Under the pieces are notes generated by a model, which worked only from the letters and a program-made list of their open reading frames with translations, made no database searches and was not told where the DNA came from. A stretch of DNA of 63,989 bases, counting the filler, from Basidiobolus ranarum (lineage: Eukaryota), in assembly GCA_040143965.1 (NCBI GenBank). It is 6 parts of 6 records of this genome, joined end to end, with 100 filler letters (N's around TTAATTAATTAA, not from the genome) between each part and the next. Parts side by side here need not be neighbours in the genome. Positions count along the whole stretch, not along the records: positions 10,896 to 21,668 come from JASJQH010007542.1; positions 21,769 to 32,531 come from JASJQH010007543.1; 4 more parts are not named here. One strand, written 5' to 3'. Positions 13,641 through 25,321 of the stretch are shown piece after piece; within the stretch, counting starts at the first letter, position 1; each line of letters starts with the position of its first letter. The translations under genes were made by a program, and so were the position numbers.

Positions 13641-14678
13641 TTAAGCTCTGTAACCGTAGATACGAAGACGCTTGAAACCACCATCGGGGTGAAGGGTGGC
13701 ACGTACATGGGTGAATACTTGATCTTTAGGAGTCAAGTCCCATTCGTGTTCAGTATCGGCAGCAGTCTTCTGCTTAGGAGAAATAGTGGTCCAGAAGCCC
13801 TCTTGTTTAGAAGCAGGATCATCTTCGGGGTTCTCCTCTTGGGAAGAGCAAGCTTCCAAAGAAGCCTGGGCAGGGAAGTTACCACGGAAGTGAAGAGTAT
13901 CGAAAATAGATCTCTCAAGACGACCGGGAGCTCCAAGTTTGACAATGACATAGTCAACGTGTCCAGGGGTGCGGGAACGCTTGGTTTCCCAACCATCACC
14001 CATGTTTTCACCACGAGTAGGAAGGATAACATTGGAAGCGGGAGAGAAATGATCATTGGAGGAATGGACAACACGAGCACCATTGCCAACATAAGCCAAG
14101 TCGATGAGTTCGCTCTTGTCCTCGGGGTACAAAGGAACAATGGTACCGTAGACTCTGAAACGAGCAATACCACCATCTGGGTATTGGTTAATACGAACAA
14201 AGTTGTATGGGGTGTTATCAGGGTTGTTAAGGACGAAGAAATGCTTGGAGGTAGGGTCTAATTCAACCTTGGGAAGAATCTCCTTCCATTGATAGTTAAT
14301 CTCGCCACCTTTTTCGAGTTCTTCCTTTGAAACAAAGGCAGCCTCAACTGAGGCAACAGGAGCGTGGTTACCAGTGAAATGAGCAGTATCGATGTCAAAA
14401 CCTGCAATGGTGCCGGAGAAGCCGAGTTGAATGATGGCCCAATCGTGAGCAGGGTTATGGCGACGAGTTTCCCAACCATCGAACCAGGCACCAGTTTCGA
14501 TGAACTTGTTGGCTTCACGAACTGATGGCTTGGGGTTCAACATGTTAGAGGCGGCGGCGAAGAATTCATCAGAAACGGCGACAATCTTGGAGCCCAATTT
14601 GCAGTTGGCAAGGTCGACATAGTTGGCAAGAGGAGTGCTCTTGAAGTTATCGATAGGAAGTTGAGTGTAAGAAGCCAT
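13641..14678 (-). CDS. DAL2: Allantoicase, intronless
   Basis: Two allantoicase repeats: SDEFFA...DGWETRRH...IDTAHFTGN...PDGGIARFRVYG and GDGWETKRSR...DTLHFRGN...PDGGFKRLRIYG. Confidence 0.96.
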   Translation of the reverse strand: MASYTQLPIDNFKSTPLANYVDLANCKLGSKIVAVSDEFFAAASNMLNPKPSVREANKFIETGAWFDGWETRRHNPAHDWAIIQLGFSGTIAGFDIDTAHFTGNHAPVASVEAAFVSKEELEKGGEINYQWKEILPKVELDPTSKHFFVLNNPDNTPYNFVRINQYPDGGIARFRVYGTIVPLYPEDKSELIDLAYVGNGARVVHSSNDHFSPASNVILPTRGENMGDGWETKRSRTPGHVDYVIVKLGAPGRLERSIFDTLHFRGNFPAQASLEACSSQEENPEDDPASKQEGFWTTISPKQKTAADTEHEWDLTPKDQVFTHVRATLHPDGGFKRLRIYGYRA

Positions 14679-15403
14679 TTTGATTTTGTTTAGTTGGTAG
14701 TTTCAGATATTTGAACCTGAGCATTGCTAGTCTACCATGGCAAGTTTTTATAGTTTTGAACCTTCGAAAAACAGTATAGGTGGCCGTTACACATGAATCT
14801 AAAAATCTTAGATGAATGGCAACTGTAGTTGAGCAAATTGAAAGATTATCATAATCTACTCAATATTTATCATCGAACTTCCCATTATTAAAATACTTGA
14901 TATGTACAGCAAAAGCTCGATAAACTGAAGTCGATCTCGATATTTTCTATCAACTTAGGGTGGTGCGTGCATATATCTGAGATTATCTTTTGTTTATCTG
15001 TATTCTACGTCATTAAAGTTCATTATGATGCTGAATATTTGTTGCTTAAGTGATACAGACTTGTGTTTATAAGTACGCTTAGGATAAATGACAAGTCTAT
15101 GTATGTGAACAACCCTTTGCTCTAACTTACATATATATATAAGCCCTGTAAAGCTGAATTCTGAAAACACCTTGAATCAGGTGTATCATAGCGATCTATA
15201 GGAATTATATCTTTCGCAGAGCCTTCATAACTTGGAACCTTTACTCCATTCGCACTGGGAAAAATCTTCATAGGAAAGAAACTGTAGCAATGTGTTAGAA
15301 CGTTTACCATGAACTTAAGTGAATACTACGCATAGTGCATGATTTATTTTTTTTCTTTGGATTAACACTGTACACACTTCCATAGAATCAAATATGCTGC
15401 AGC

Positions 15404-16136
15404 TGTTAAAGCATTTGGGAGCCTGTTGGAAGTGGTTTGGAGAATTAGAGAAATTGATGGTTACACTTGTTGATTTACTGAATATTCAGTTGACATTTAT
15501 AGTTTTGTCAAGATGTAAACAAAGTAACCTGTAGAATGTGTTAAGGAAGGTCCCAGGAACATGTGTGCAAAGTTTGGGGCTTCTTTGAAAAATCTACATA
15601 TATTCAAATTTTTAAGTAAATTCCTCTTTAGAATAGTTCATGATAACTTAGTTCAATATAGAATAACTCAATGCTAAACTATACATGACTATATAGATGT
15701 TTAAGCATCATACAGCGTAGTATTGGCTCTACTCACTGATCAAGTAGTTGATGCCAATTAATAGCATTGATATTGCAAGATTCTAGGTATAATGGAAGCA
15801 TAATGGATATTGGGAGTGTTGAAATTAGCATTGCCTAAACACCTATATAGTCATATATAGCTTAGTACTTAGTTATCTTATAATGAACTAAGATATTATC
15901 AATTTTTCTCATAAGGAATTTACTTAGAAGTTCTCAGATATATAGATTTTTCAAAGAAGCCCCAAACTTTGCACACATGTTCCTGGGACCTTCCTTAACA
16001 TATTCTACACGTTAGTTTGTTTACATCTTGACAAAACTATAAATGTCAACAGAATACTCAATAAATCAATAAGTGAAAACCACCAATTCCTCTAATTCTC
16101 CAAACCACTTCCAACAGGCTCCCAAATACTTTAACA
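15404..16136. mobile_element. Non-autonomous foldback element/MITE with ~300-bp terminal inverted repeats
   Basis: Left arm TGTTAAAGCATTTGGGAGCCTGTTGGAAGTGG... (15404-~15707) is the near reverse complement of the right arm ...CCACTTCCAACAGGCTCCCAAATACTTTAACA (~15832-16136). No ORF. Second copy at 54115-54224. Confidence 0.85.
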
Positions 16137-17463
16137 GGGAGAACTTGAGGTGTTAAGCAGGAGAATTTACAAAATGGCCCTATAAAGAATCTGAGAGATA
16201 TTTTTCAATCAGCATCAAGTAAAGTATTTATACTGTTTAATACTAATACAGAAAATAAATAACGGGCTTGTTCTTGGAAAATCAGTGAGTTGAGTGATTT
16301 ATCCCAGGGTCAGTTTGGATGACTTGTAATTTCATGATCAGCATAGCCAAATCATGAATAATTCACAAATGCACTGCTTGTACATTCCTATTTACAACTA
16401 AGTAACATTGAAGTGAAAAATTCTAACTAACTTATATCAAAGCTTGGGTAGTTTTGGACGGGTTTGAAAATGTCAGTCTTTTCTGACCATTTCCGACATT
16501 TATCAAATATATACAAAATACAGGTGACAGTTTAGACTTTCGAAATTTTGGTTAAACATTTCATATACTAAACAAGACATATGAATAGTTAGGTAGTTAA
16601 TTCTAAAATTTAAACCAATTGCTCAGTATGTGCATGAGACTGTGCAACACTTGCCTCGTTTGACATAAATTTCTTGTTTGATTGCAATTGTACATATCCA
16701 TAAGCATTAGAAAGCTGCAGGAATCTAGTATCTATAAATGCAATAGTATCAATAAATATGGCATGCTTGGATTAGTTGGAAGAGCAACCTAGAAAATACA
16801 TGTAAAATCGATATAAGATAAAAGCAAATGTACAATAATAATATATATAATTCACTCGAAGACTTTATAGCTGCTAATAGAATTACTTATCATATTCACA
16901 AGAGCTATGAATGTTGAAATATAGTGAATTTCATCATGCAAGCATTCTATGGTAGTAAAGTTACCATAAGCTTTGATCAATGAACATGTGACATATTAAT
17001 AATTCATTTACATGTTGCTAACATCCCTACTTCATTTTAGTCAGATAAAGATTTCAATTAAAGTTCAGGACTTGAAACGAAGATCAGCCAGTTTTATAAA
17101 TAGAAATTATTAATCACATTCAATGAGTATTGATCGTGTAACATCCATATCCAAATGCATACTGAGGTCTGTGTTAAACATGGTGCTTAGAAGTGGTCAA
17201 TACTAGAAGTAATGAAGAATCACTAACTGTATTAGTGTTACCGCTCATTAAACTAAATGTGGAATGGATCAACACCTCCGTATAAAATCAGATTCATATA
17301 TAAGATAAATATTACAATTGAATTTAATATCAGTTCATGAGATTATGTGTAAAATGTAAAGAAAGGGAAGGGAAGGAAAGCATGAAAGTGGGTATAATAA
17401 ATATATCGGTAAAATGATAGTCGATAATTAGGGTATAAGTGGTCCTCTAAGTGGTGATCTCTT

Positions 17464-19125
17464 TTACAAAAAGACATCGGAGGTGGAGGATGCGGATGCA
17501 GGTTGTTCAATGCCTGTCAATCCCAATTGTGCATCATTCCAAATAGGCTCAACCTTTTTGGCAACGGAACATCCAACTCCAGCACGACCACCGTTTGCGG
17601 CCCAATCTCTGACATACTTGATGTCATTCTTCACCCAGATCTCGGAGAGTGCATCTACAAGCTTATCAGTCATGGCTTGGGTGTGACCAGGAGTAGGAGT
17701 GATACGAAGACGCTCTTCACCGACGGGAACGGTAGGATAATTGATGCATTGGACGTAAATGTCGTAGTCGGTAAGTAATTGATCACTTGCTTTTTTACAA
17801 AGCTCGGCATCACCAACTAGGAGTGGGACGATATGAGAAGGGTTGGGCACAACTGGGATGTCAAGTTCAGCGAGACGGGATTTTAATAATCGAGTGTTGA
17901 GTTGTTGCATACGACGTTCTTGGTTGGAATTCTTCAAGTAATTCACTGCTGTCATAGAGCCACCAGCAATGGTAGGAGGAATGGAAGTGGTGAAGATGAA
18001 GCCTGGAGCATAAGAACGAATCATATCAACAAAATTGGCTGAACCTGCGATGTACCCGCCAACAACTCCGTAAGCTTTGCCGAGGGTACCTGTGAAAATG
18101 TCAATTCTGTCCATGATAGAACCAATTTGACGTTCTGAGCTAGAAGCATTACGATCCCAATCGAGATGCTCAGCGACACCAGCACCACGAGGTCCATACA
18201 TACCAACAGCATGTACTTCATCCAAGAAGGTAATGGCACCATATTTGTCAGCCAAGTCACAGATTTCGGAGATCTTACCGATAGTTCCACTCATGGAGTA
18301 CACACTTTCGAAGGCAATAATCTTGGGGCATTTTGGATCAACAGATTGAAGAAGTTGTTCAAGGTGCTCCATATCGTTGTGTTTGAAGATCTTCTTCTCG
18401 GTATTGGAATGACGGATACCTTCAATCATGGAAGCGTGATTAAGTGAATCAGAGAAGATGACACATCCTGGCATCTTGCTACCAAGTGTACTTAATGTGG
18501 CGTCATTAGCAACGTAGCAGGAAGAGAAAACAAGGGCAGCATCTTTACGATGAAGATCGGCTAACTCAGCCTCTAGGCCCAAGTGGAGAGCAGCATTACC
18601 AGCAATATTTCTGGTACCACCGGCACCGGCACCATACATATCGATGGTGTCTTTCATACTCTCCATAACCATAGGGCTTCCACTCATGCCCAAATAATCG
18701 TTACTGCACCAGACAGTCACTCTGGCATCGAAATCCGCAGTATGTGCTTTAGGGTACTCCTTAGCAATACGATTGATGTTGTTGAAATAACGATAGCTCT
18801 TGTCCTTTAGTTTCTTGTCCAACTCACCACGATAGAAACCTTCGTAATTGAAGGCATCGGAATGGATTTCATGACTAGCAGGAACTACAGGTTGAGGCGA
18901 GGATTGGAACATATCCTTGGCATTCGTGCTAACAACTGAGGCTGAGTGGGGGTTTGTGGGAGTACTTTGAAAGCTGTTGGCAGTGGTGGAGAATGGAGCG
19001 GCGGAAATGTTTTTGGTCAAGGAACGAGGCTTAGTGACCGAGCTTGAAAGATTTCTCAAAGCATTGAGAGAGGAATGTTTCAATGAAGGATAGGATTTGG
19101 TAACTTGTCTCAAAAGGCTTTCCAT
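17464..19125 (-). CDS. HEM1: 5-aminolevulinate synthase, mitochondrial, intronless
   Basis: [50 protein letters not shown] (PLP lysine), [21 protein letters not shown]. Confidence 0.97.
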   Translation of the reverse strand: MESLLRQVTKSYPSLKHSSLNALRNLSSSVTKPRSLTKNISAAPFSTTANSFQSTPTNPHSASVVSTNAKDMFQSSPQPVVPASHEIHSDAFNYEGFYRGELDKKLKDKSYRYFNNINRIAKEYPKAHTADFDARVTVWCSNDYLGMSGSPMVMESMKDTIDMYGAGAGGTRNIAGNAALHLGLEAELADLHRKDAALVFSSCYVANDATLSTLGSKMPGCVIFSDSLNHASMIEGIRHSNTEKKIFKHNDMEHLEQLLQSVDPKCPKIIAFESVYSMSGTIGKISEICDLADKYGAITFLDEVHAVGMYGPRGAGVAEHLDWDRNASSSERQIGSIMDRIDIFTGTLGKAYGVVGGYIAGSANFVDMIRSYAPGFIFTTSIPPTIAGGSMTAVNYLKNSNQERRMQQLNTRLLKSRLAELDIPVVPNPSHIVPLLVGDAELCKKASDQLLTDYDIYVQCINYPTVPVGEERLRITPTPGHTQAMTDKLVDALSEIWVKNDIKYVRDWAANGGRAGVGCSVAKKVEPIWNDAQLGLTGIEQPASASSTSDVFL

Positions 19126-19620
19126 TGCAAGATGATGGTTTGAAGATTTGCAAATAAGTGAAATAGAAAATCCTATATCTAATTGAGATGAATAGTTAAT
19201 GCATTATAGCGGGGTGACAGAGACTTATTTATAAGATTCTGTGATCGGAATTATGGGGTAGACTAACCAATTGATCAGAGAGTCAATTGGCCAATGGACT
19301 ATCTTTGTTGCTACATTTCAAATCATATTGAATCGAGATAGGGTTAGGGGTGAAGTTAGGGTTAGGGGCTTTGGGTATAGAGTAGCGCATTCTTCTACAC
19401 TTCCTCACACCAATCATCACCTCCATTGTTGATCGTTACCGGTTTCTATGTAGAGCAGCCTAGAACTACCACGTTCCATCAATTTAGGTATTCCGGAAGC
19501 TGTGCCACCCGATTTGGTCAGGCAGAGGTTGGTGCATAGTTGCTAAAAAAAAAGATGAATTGTAAGCACTGACATTGACGAATTAACAAGGATGTGCGGT
19601 CATGTGTAAACCTCAGTGGA

Positions 19621-19716
19621 TTTCCAAAATGGCATAATAAATTTAATGTGAAAATACACCTCGCTTTCCAAAATGGCATGATAAATTTAATGTGAAAATC
19701 CACCTCGCTTTCCAAA
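19621..19716. repeat. 44-bp tandem duplication (2.2 copies)
   Basis: TTTCCAAAATGGCAT(A/G)ATAAATTTAATGTGAAAAT(A/C)CACCTCGC at 19621 and 19665, partial third copy at 19709. Confidence 0.9.
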
Positions 19717-21496
19717 GAATTATTTGGTACGCGCATATGAGGAACCCTTCGTAACAATAAATCATGAACGAAACTGGAGATGCGTCAGTACCAAACGATA
19801 GAAATTTTGCTTGGCCGAACGATAACAATGTTACATAGTGTGTTAGGTGCAAAAGATATTACAACACTTTCATTTGTCATCCAGTTAGCAACTTGATTTC
19901 ATAGCCAATTTAATAAATATGGACTCCACTTAGTGTGCCACTTGCATACCCTGTATGTCACCACAAACCACCTCTTGTGAGCATAAGCTGTTACTTAATA
20001 TTTCATCTGTCATCCGAGCTCATTCGAAGTAAGAATTCTGAAGGGCAACAATTGTACCTGGTTGCTGCGTGTCACAGTTATCTTTAGATATGCCATTCGA
20101 TTAATCGATTATCGTTTAATCCATTGATCAGTTCTGGAACCAGAACGATCGGGCCAGAATCTATCCGTACCCGACAATGGGACTCCGCGCATTTATCGCG
20201 CGGCTATAGTATTCACATTTAGTAATACCCTGGGGTATTTCTCCATTTGTAGGTTGATCCCAAGAGAAATGCTTTGAAAGCATCCATTAAGGTATTTTCG
20301 CCTACATACTAACCACTGCACGGGCTAAGTACAATGATTGCCAAATTGGAAGCTATATATTAAATTCAGTTATATATTCCGTGTCCCGAAGAAGTGTGAA
20401 GCATGTAGAATGTCACTGGGAAGTGTCAGGGTTTGTTTACTAGAAAAATGGCCGGGGTTACTATGTTTAGATAGTCGGTCATTTGCATCTATATTCTGAA
20501 GACTGTGATGATTTTCAATGCTATACTTTCGACATATATAGCAACACCATTGATTGAAATATACTAAAAACGGTTAGCTACGGGCCTTTGACGCCTTTTA
20601 ATGTATTTTGTTATACTCGACGTTCATTTAAGCTTGGTATTTGTAAGCTTCGACTACGGAAGTTCATGTATTCAACCATCTGTTCAGTATAATTTAGGGT
20701 AGAGTCAGGCGCAGGGACAGGCGCTTAATAGTTGTTTTTTTCAGCTTTACATCAAATATCTAGGGTTTAGATTTGGTATCAAATGAAAGGGGATAATTTC
20801 CATTTCCCCGTCCCTGGATTCCTGTATCAACTGAATAGAAGTGTATTAAAGACTGTACTAAGAGATGCCTATTAGAGACACTCACATATTGAGCCAGATA
20901 ATGCCCAATTCTTCACAATCTGCTATTCCCAAGGTTGATCAGTTTCTATCCATGGTAATACAAGGTCAAGCCACCCCTGACCTGATAAATCAAGATTTAC
21001 CAGATAGCTCAGGTATTGACATTTTCTACTTTCAAATAGACTGTCAAACAGAATGCCCATGTTATATAGATATAGATATATACACAATCAAAGTGTTATT
21101 CCAAGCTATAATGAGGCAACTAAATACAATACTTAGTGATATATATATGTATAACACCAAACTTATATTTTCTTCGTAAAATAGATAGAACACTGAATGC
21201 ATCGCCATAATCATCAATAGTTACTCAATATCAGTAACTGTAATAAAAGAAGTCAAACAAAAACATATTTCAAGCCCAAGTATAAATACGAACGGCGTTA
21301 TACAAAGTCAACGGTACAACTGATCAATATTACTTATGCCAACCTTGTACATTTAACTGTTGCTGAAATTGAATCAGCTAGCGCTGCATATGTAGACAAT
21401 ATCAACATGGCTCTAGCAAATTAAGTTTGGTTTATTCTTATTTGAAGAGTGGTGCTTTATTGTAGAATAAGTAGGAGCACGTTTCGAGTGTATCCT

Positions 21497-21668
21497 TTAT
21501 TTGTCGGAAGTAGGGGCAGGGTTCATTCTGCGCTTACCACCAATAAGGTTGGTAACGTTGACGAAACGACGGTTGTATTGAATTCTCTTCTTGGCACGAC
21601 CAGTCTTCTTCTTCTTCTCTTGGGCCTCGACCTTAGGGCATTGAGACTTAACCTTACCAGCACGAGCG
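21497..21668 (-). CDS. RPS30: 40S ribosomal protein S30 (eS30), 5'-truncated
   Basis: [38 protein letters not shown]...[14 protein letters not shown]; not in the ORF track on this strand. Confidence 0.93.
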
Positions 21669-21768
21669 NNNNNNNNNNNNNNNNNNNNNNNNNNNNNNNN
21701 NNNNNNNNNNNNTTAATTAATTAANNNNNNNNNNNNNNNNNNNNNNNNNNNNNNNNNNNNNNNNNNNN
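21669..21768. other. Artificial contig linker
   Basis: N44-TTAATTAATTAA-N44. Confidence 0.99.
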
Positions 21769-24700
21769 CTACTTAATACAATACTCTTTAACTTCTATAA
21801 ATATTTTCTACATTTTATTAGCTTTAGGTAACTTATCTAATCATTCCCCTTTGCAGATACTGTGGGTAATATAGCATGTTTGCAGGTGAGGCTAAGGATA
21901 TAATTCTATGCTTACCACAAGAATCCTCAACATTTTATATTGAGTTCCAGCTCGCTCTAAACCTCTCATGACATGTATGTGATGAATTATATTATCGTAT
22001 TCATTTGATGATTGGTAATTGCTTTCTCTACATTGGCATCGTTTATGAGATTAGAATTTTTACTAAAGCACTTTCAGTTATCTAAAAAGTACTCAACACT
22101 TTTATCTTCAGACTTGTATGCTCTGGAATCCATGGGCCTTTCTTAATGCCACATCTTGACCCACTCTCATTCAATGTAGAATAGTTGTACTCTGATCAAG
22201 ACTGAAGGAGCTCTGTCTTGCTCTACAACAATTGAGCAGGTTGTAAGCCCCAAATTACTTGATGAGCTCAATGCTAGATTTACCGGAAGCAATTTTCCTT
22301 GTAAATCCACGAACTTGAAAGCATATTTGTACTTAACTATATATCACTTGCCGGGATACTCGTAATTAAGTTACGTGCGTCGGTTGCTTGGTTTTGGCAG
22401 ATAATTCCAGTAAACTGACCTATGAATTCCTTGAGACCAAATATTACCCATGTATCCGTCAGTGGTTACTTGTCTCGAGTGGACTGGAATGTGGAAATAA
22501 GATCCAAGATGACTAATCAAAGCTAAGTTTGTTAATTAACCTTAGTCAAATTGTGAAAATCATCCAAGGTCTACCTAATTGCCATAGGTTTAGTGCCTTT
22601 TTACCTGTAACATATATATATATTATGTGCAATTTGAGGGATACCCAGCTGTGTTATGGTACCTCGATGCGCACTGCAACATTCCTAAATGCAGCCTATA
22701 TACCTGGCAGCTAACAAATGCTTTTCATGCAAGCTGCGGCCTCAATCGCTTTATTTACGCTTGGAAACGATACAAGGCAGCGTCAACAACAAACATTACC
22801 CATCTCATAAATTGTCAGAGGAGTAACCGCTAAGGTCTCCGCTTTTGCATGTAATTGATTCAAGATTTCATAGCAGAAATGAAAAAGCCAGTTTCATGCA
22901 TACGTTGAAACTTCAACCATCAGGATATCCACTTAGTTTGTGAAATAACTGCTAACAACCATGTAAACGCTAATACGAGACTAAGACTAAGAATAATGTA
23001 TAGCCTTACTAGAGAAATTCTAGCGATTCTGATGTCACTTTTCACGTTTGTTCTTAAGTGCGATAATTTCACACTCTTGGTGCAAAATACACACCTGTAC
23101 ATGCACTCACTGGTTAATCGTGATATCAGACGAGTTATTAGCAATACTATAGACCAGACCAACCTCAATCTTTCCTATCTATACTGCATAAGTGTCTATA
23201 TTTCTTTTGCCAACAAACTCATCAGGCAGGGATTATCTAGTATATCAATTAACTTCAACTTTGGATCAGGTGGCCGTGGTTGCTTCTTGGCATGTACCGA
23301 ATGCTGGACCAGCTGGATGCTTTTGGACTGAGGGGTTTATTCAACATTGAGTGGTGGCCACTTGGTGATGTGTTTCACCAGGTTTTGTAGCAGTAACCAT
23401 GCGAAACGCCACAATCCACTCTCAGATGTTCTTTAGTCAGACCCCAACTCAAACCGATGCTGGTGTGTGTGGGATTCTAGTGTGACCTAGTTGGAAATTT
23501 GCCACATATGTGATGTTTACACAGAATCGAGTGAAGATTGTTAATCGGATGTGATTTTAAGAGCATTTAGAACATTATGGTTAAACAATCTCCCTTCATC
23601 GGTATTAAGTAATGACGTCAAACATCATGAATTCATCTAGATCTACTAATGTATGGGATTGGCCTAGGAATAAGCTTCAACTATTCAGATTTAGAATGGT
23701 GTTACGGATTCAATCACTACTCGAAACATACACCCCGGCTCTGATTGGAATACATATGGGTCGAAACGATGCATGAACATATGTAACATATTTAGGCGCC
23801 CCAACAAATCCATTGCAATCGCTGATTTGAGCTCAGAGAATTGGTCCTACGTTAGGAAACAGAATTGTGTTAGTGAAGCACGAGAAAACCTAAATACTTT
23901 ATTCTGCTTAAGCACACGGAGTTTCAGTGTACGTATGTGCACTCAGATCAAGATGCCTCCAGTCGAACGTGGCGGTTGGTGTGTACACTGAGAGCAACAG
24001 AGGCTTCTTGAATTCACCAAAGTGCTCTCCAAATAACTCTCCTTATCTGCAAGTAAACAATATTAGAAAGGAATCCCGGAATAGCTCCGAGTTCATCGAT
24101 TATTCACTCCTGGACTACAAAAAGGATGGGTAGCCCTAAGGAATTCTAACGGTGTTTCCATCTGCACAGGATGCATCTGAAAAACTGTTTGGAATGTCAG
24201 TTGGAAGCCCATATACGAGTTAATGTAGTCTGTGTAAAAAGCAGCTAGGTTGTGGAACTAAACATCTCTAAACGATGGTGCAGATAATAGCCTTAAGTTG
24301 GTGCATATGTTTTATTGTTGTACATGGAATATCGGTGATTATCCCTCAGGATCAACAATTCAGTGATACTTTACAGTACTCGCTACTATATCTGATTAAT
24401 AGAAATCGCCTTATTTCACACAATGATGTGACAATGGCCGAGGTACGATCAAGCGTGACTTATGCCAACTTGTGCTCCTCTGCCATTTGCCGCGTCCGGC
24501 CTTGAAACATTTTACTAAACATCACGACGACTGTGTATGGCCCGATACTTGTGCCCGCCCTTTCTTACTATGAGAAGCTTCTCTAGCCAAGTGTGTGCAT
24601 ACACCAGAAAGTTGCAGCGTTAGCCCATGGGTCACTTAGCTCAAGAAGTCCAATTTGGCTATGAATTACCATTTGAATCGATACATTCCTAAATGGCACG

Positions 24701-25321
24701 GATCTGACACCAACCCAAATTTAGGTAGGAGGTAATTTAAATTTTCCAACAAACGTCTGAAGCGATATATGGGATCACTGGACTCCAACCCTATCTAGGA
24801 ATCATAATTACCTCTTGTACTGGGCCCCGATTGGCCTGTTTTGCTGCAGCCCTGATGCTGTATTGATTGGCCTGCTCCATGTTATGGATTGTTGGAGGTG
24901 GATCAATTCGATATTTTCCATGGAAACCCTTATTATTCATCACAAACAATGCTATATTTTTCAGCTCCAATTGGCGGGAGCGCCATTCTTTGGCTGGTAA
25001 ACTTTGCTGGAATAACTCGCTAAAATTGATTCACCACTTGTGTAATGGATCCTATTGAATTAAGGTTATATGACATATGAAGCACTGATTGAAAGTGAAC
25101 TACAGTATAAACCTGAAAGTGCAGCCAATGAACATTCAGCATGTCCTTTTGTTAGGTTGAATATGCCTTGGCCGTTCATTATTTATATGCTCTGTTTTCC
25201 CCTGGTTTTCGATTCATTCCTTTTCTTTTCCTTCCATTTCTTTGGGTTAAGAGCAGAATCCATATCTCCAAGATCAGTTATTCAAATCCACACCCTTTCC
25301 CTTCACTAAGGCTCCCTCATC

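Noticed and set aside
13689-14261. 190-aa antisense ORF over allantoicase, and similar shadow ORFs over DPS1, BMS1, HEM1, GAR1, DBP9 and RPL31
   Set aside because: Explained by codon bias of the real gene on the other strand or frame; no independent motifs.
19621-19716. CRISPR-like array
   Set aside because: Direct tandem copies without spacers, in a eukaryotic genome.
10754-21668. ATG G|GTGAGT at the end of contig 1 as the missing 5' end of RPS30
   Set aside because: Contigs are ordered by size and many genes begin ATG G; no overlap supports the join.
21769-25321. Short ORFs upstream of VPH1
   Set aside because: No recognisable domains or consistent exon chain.
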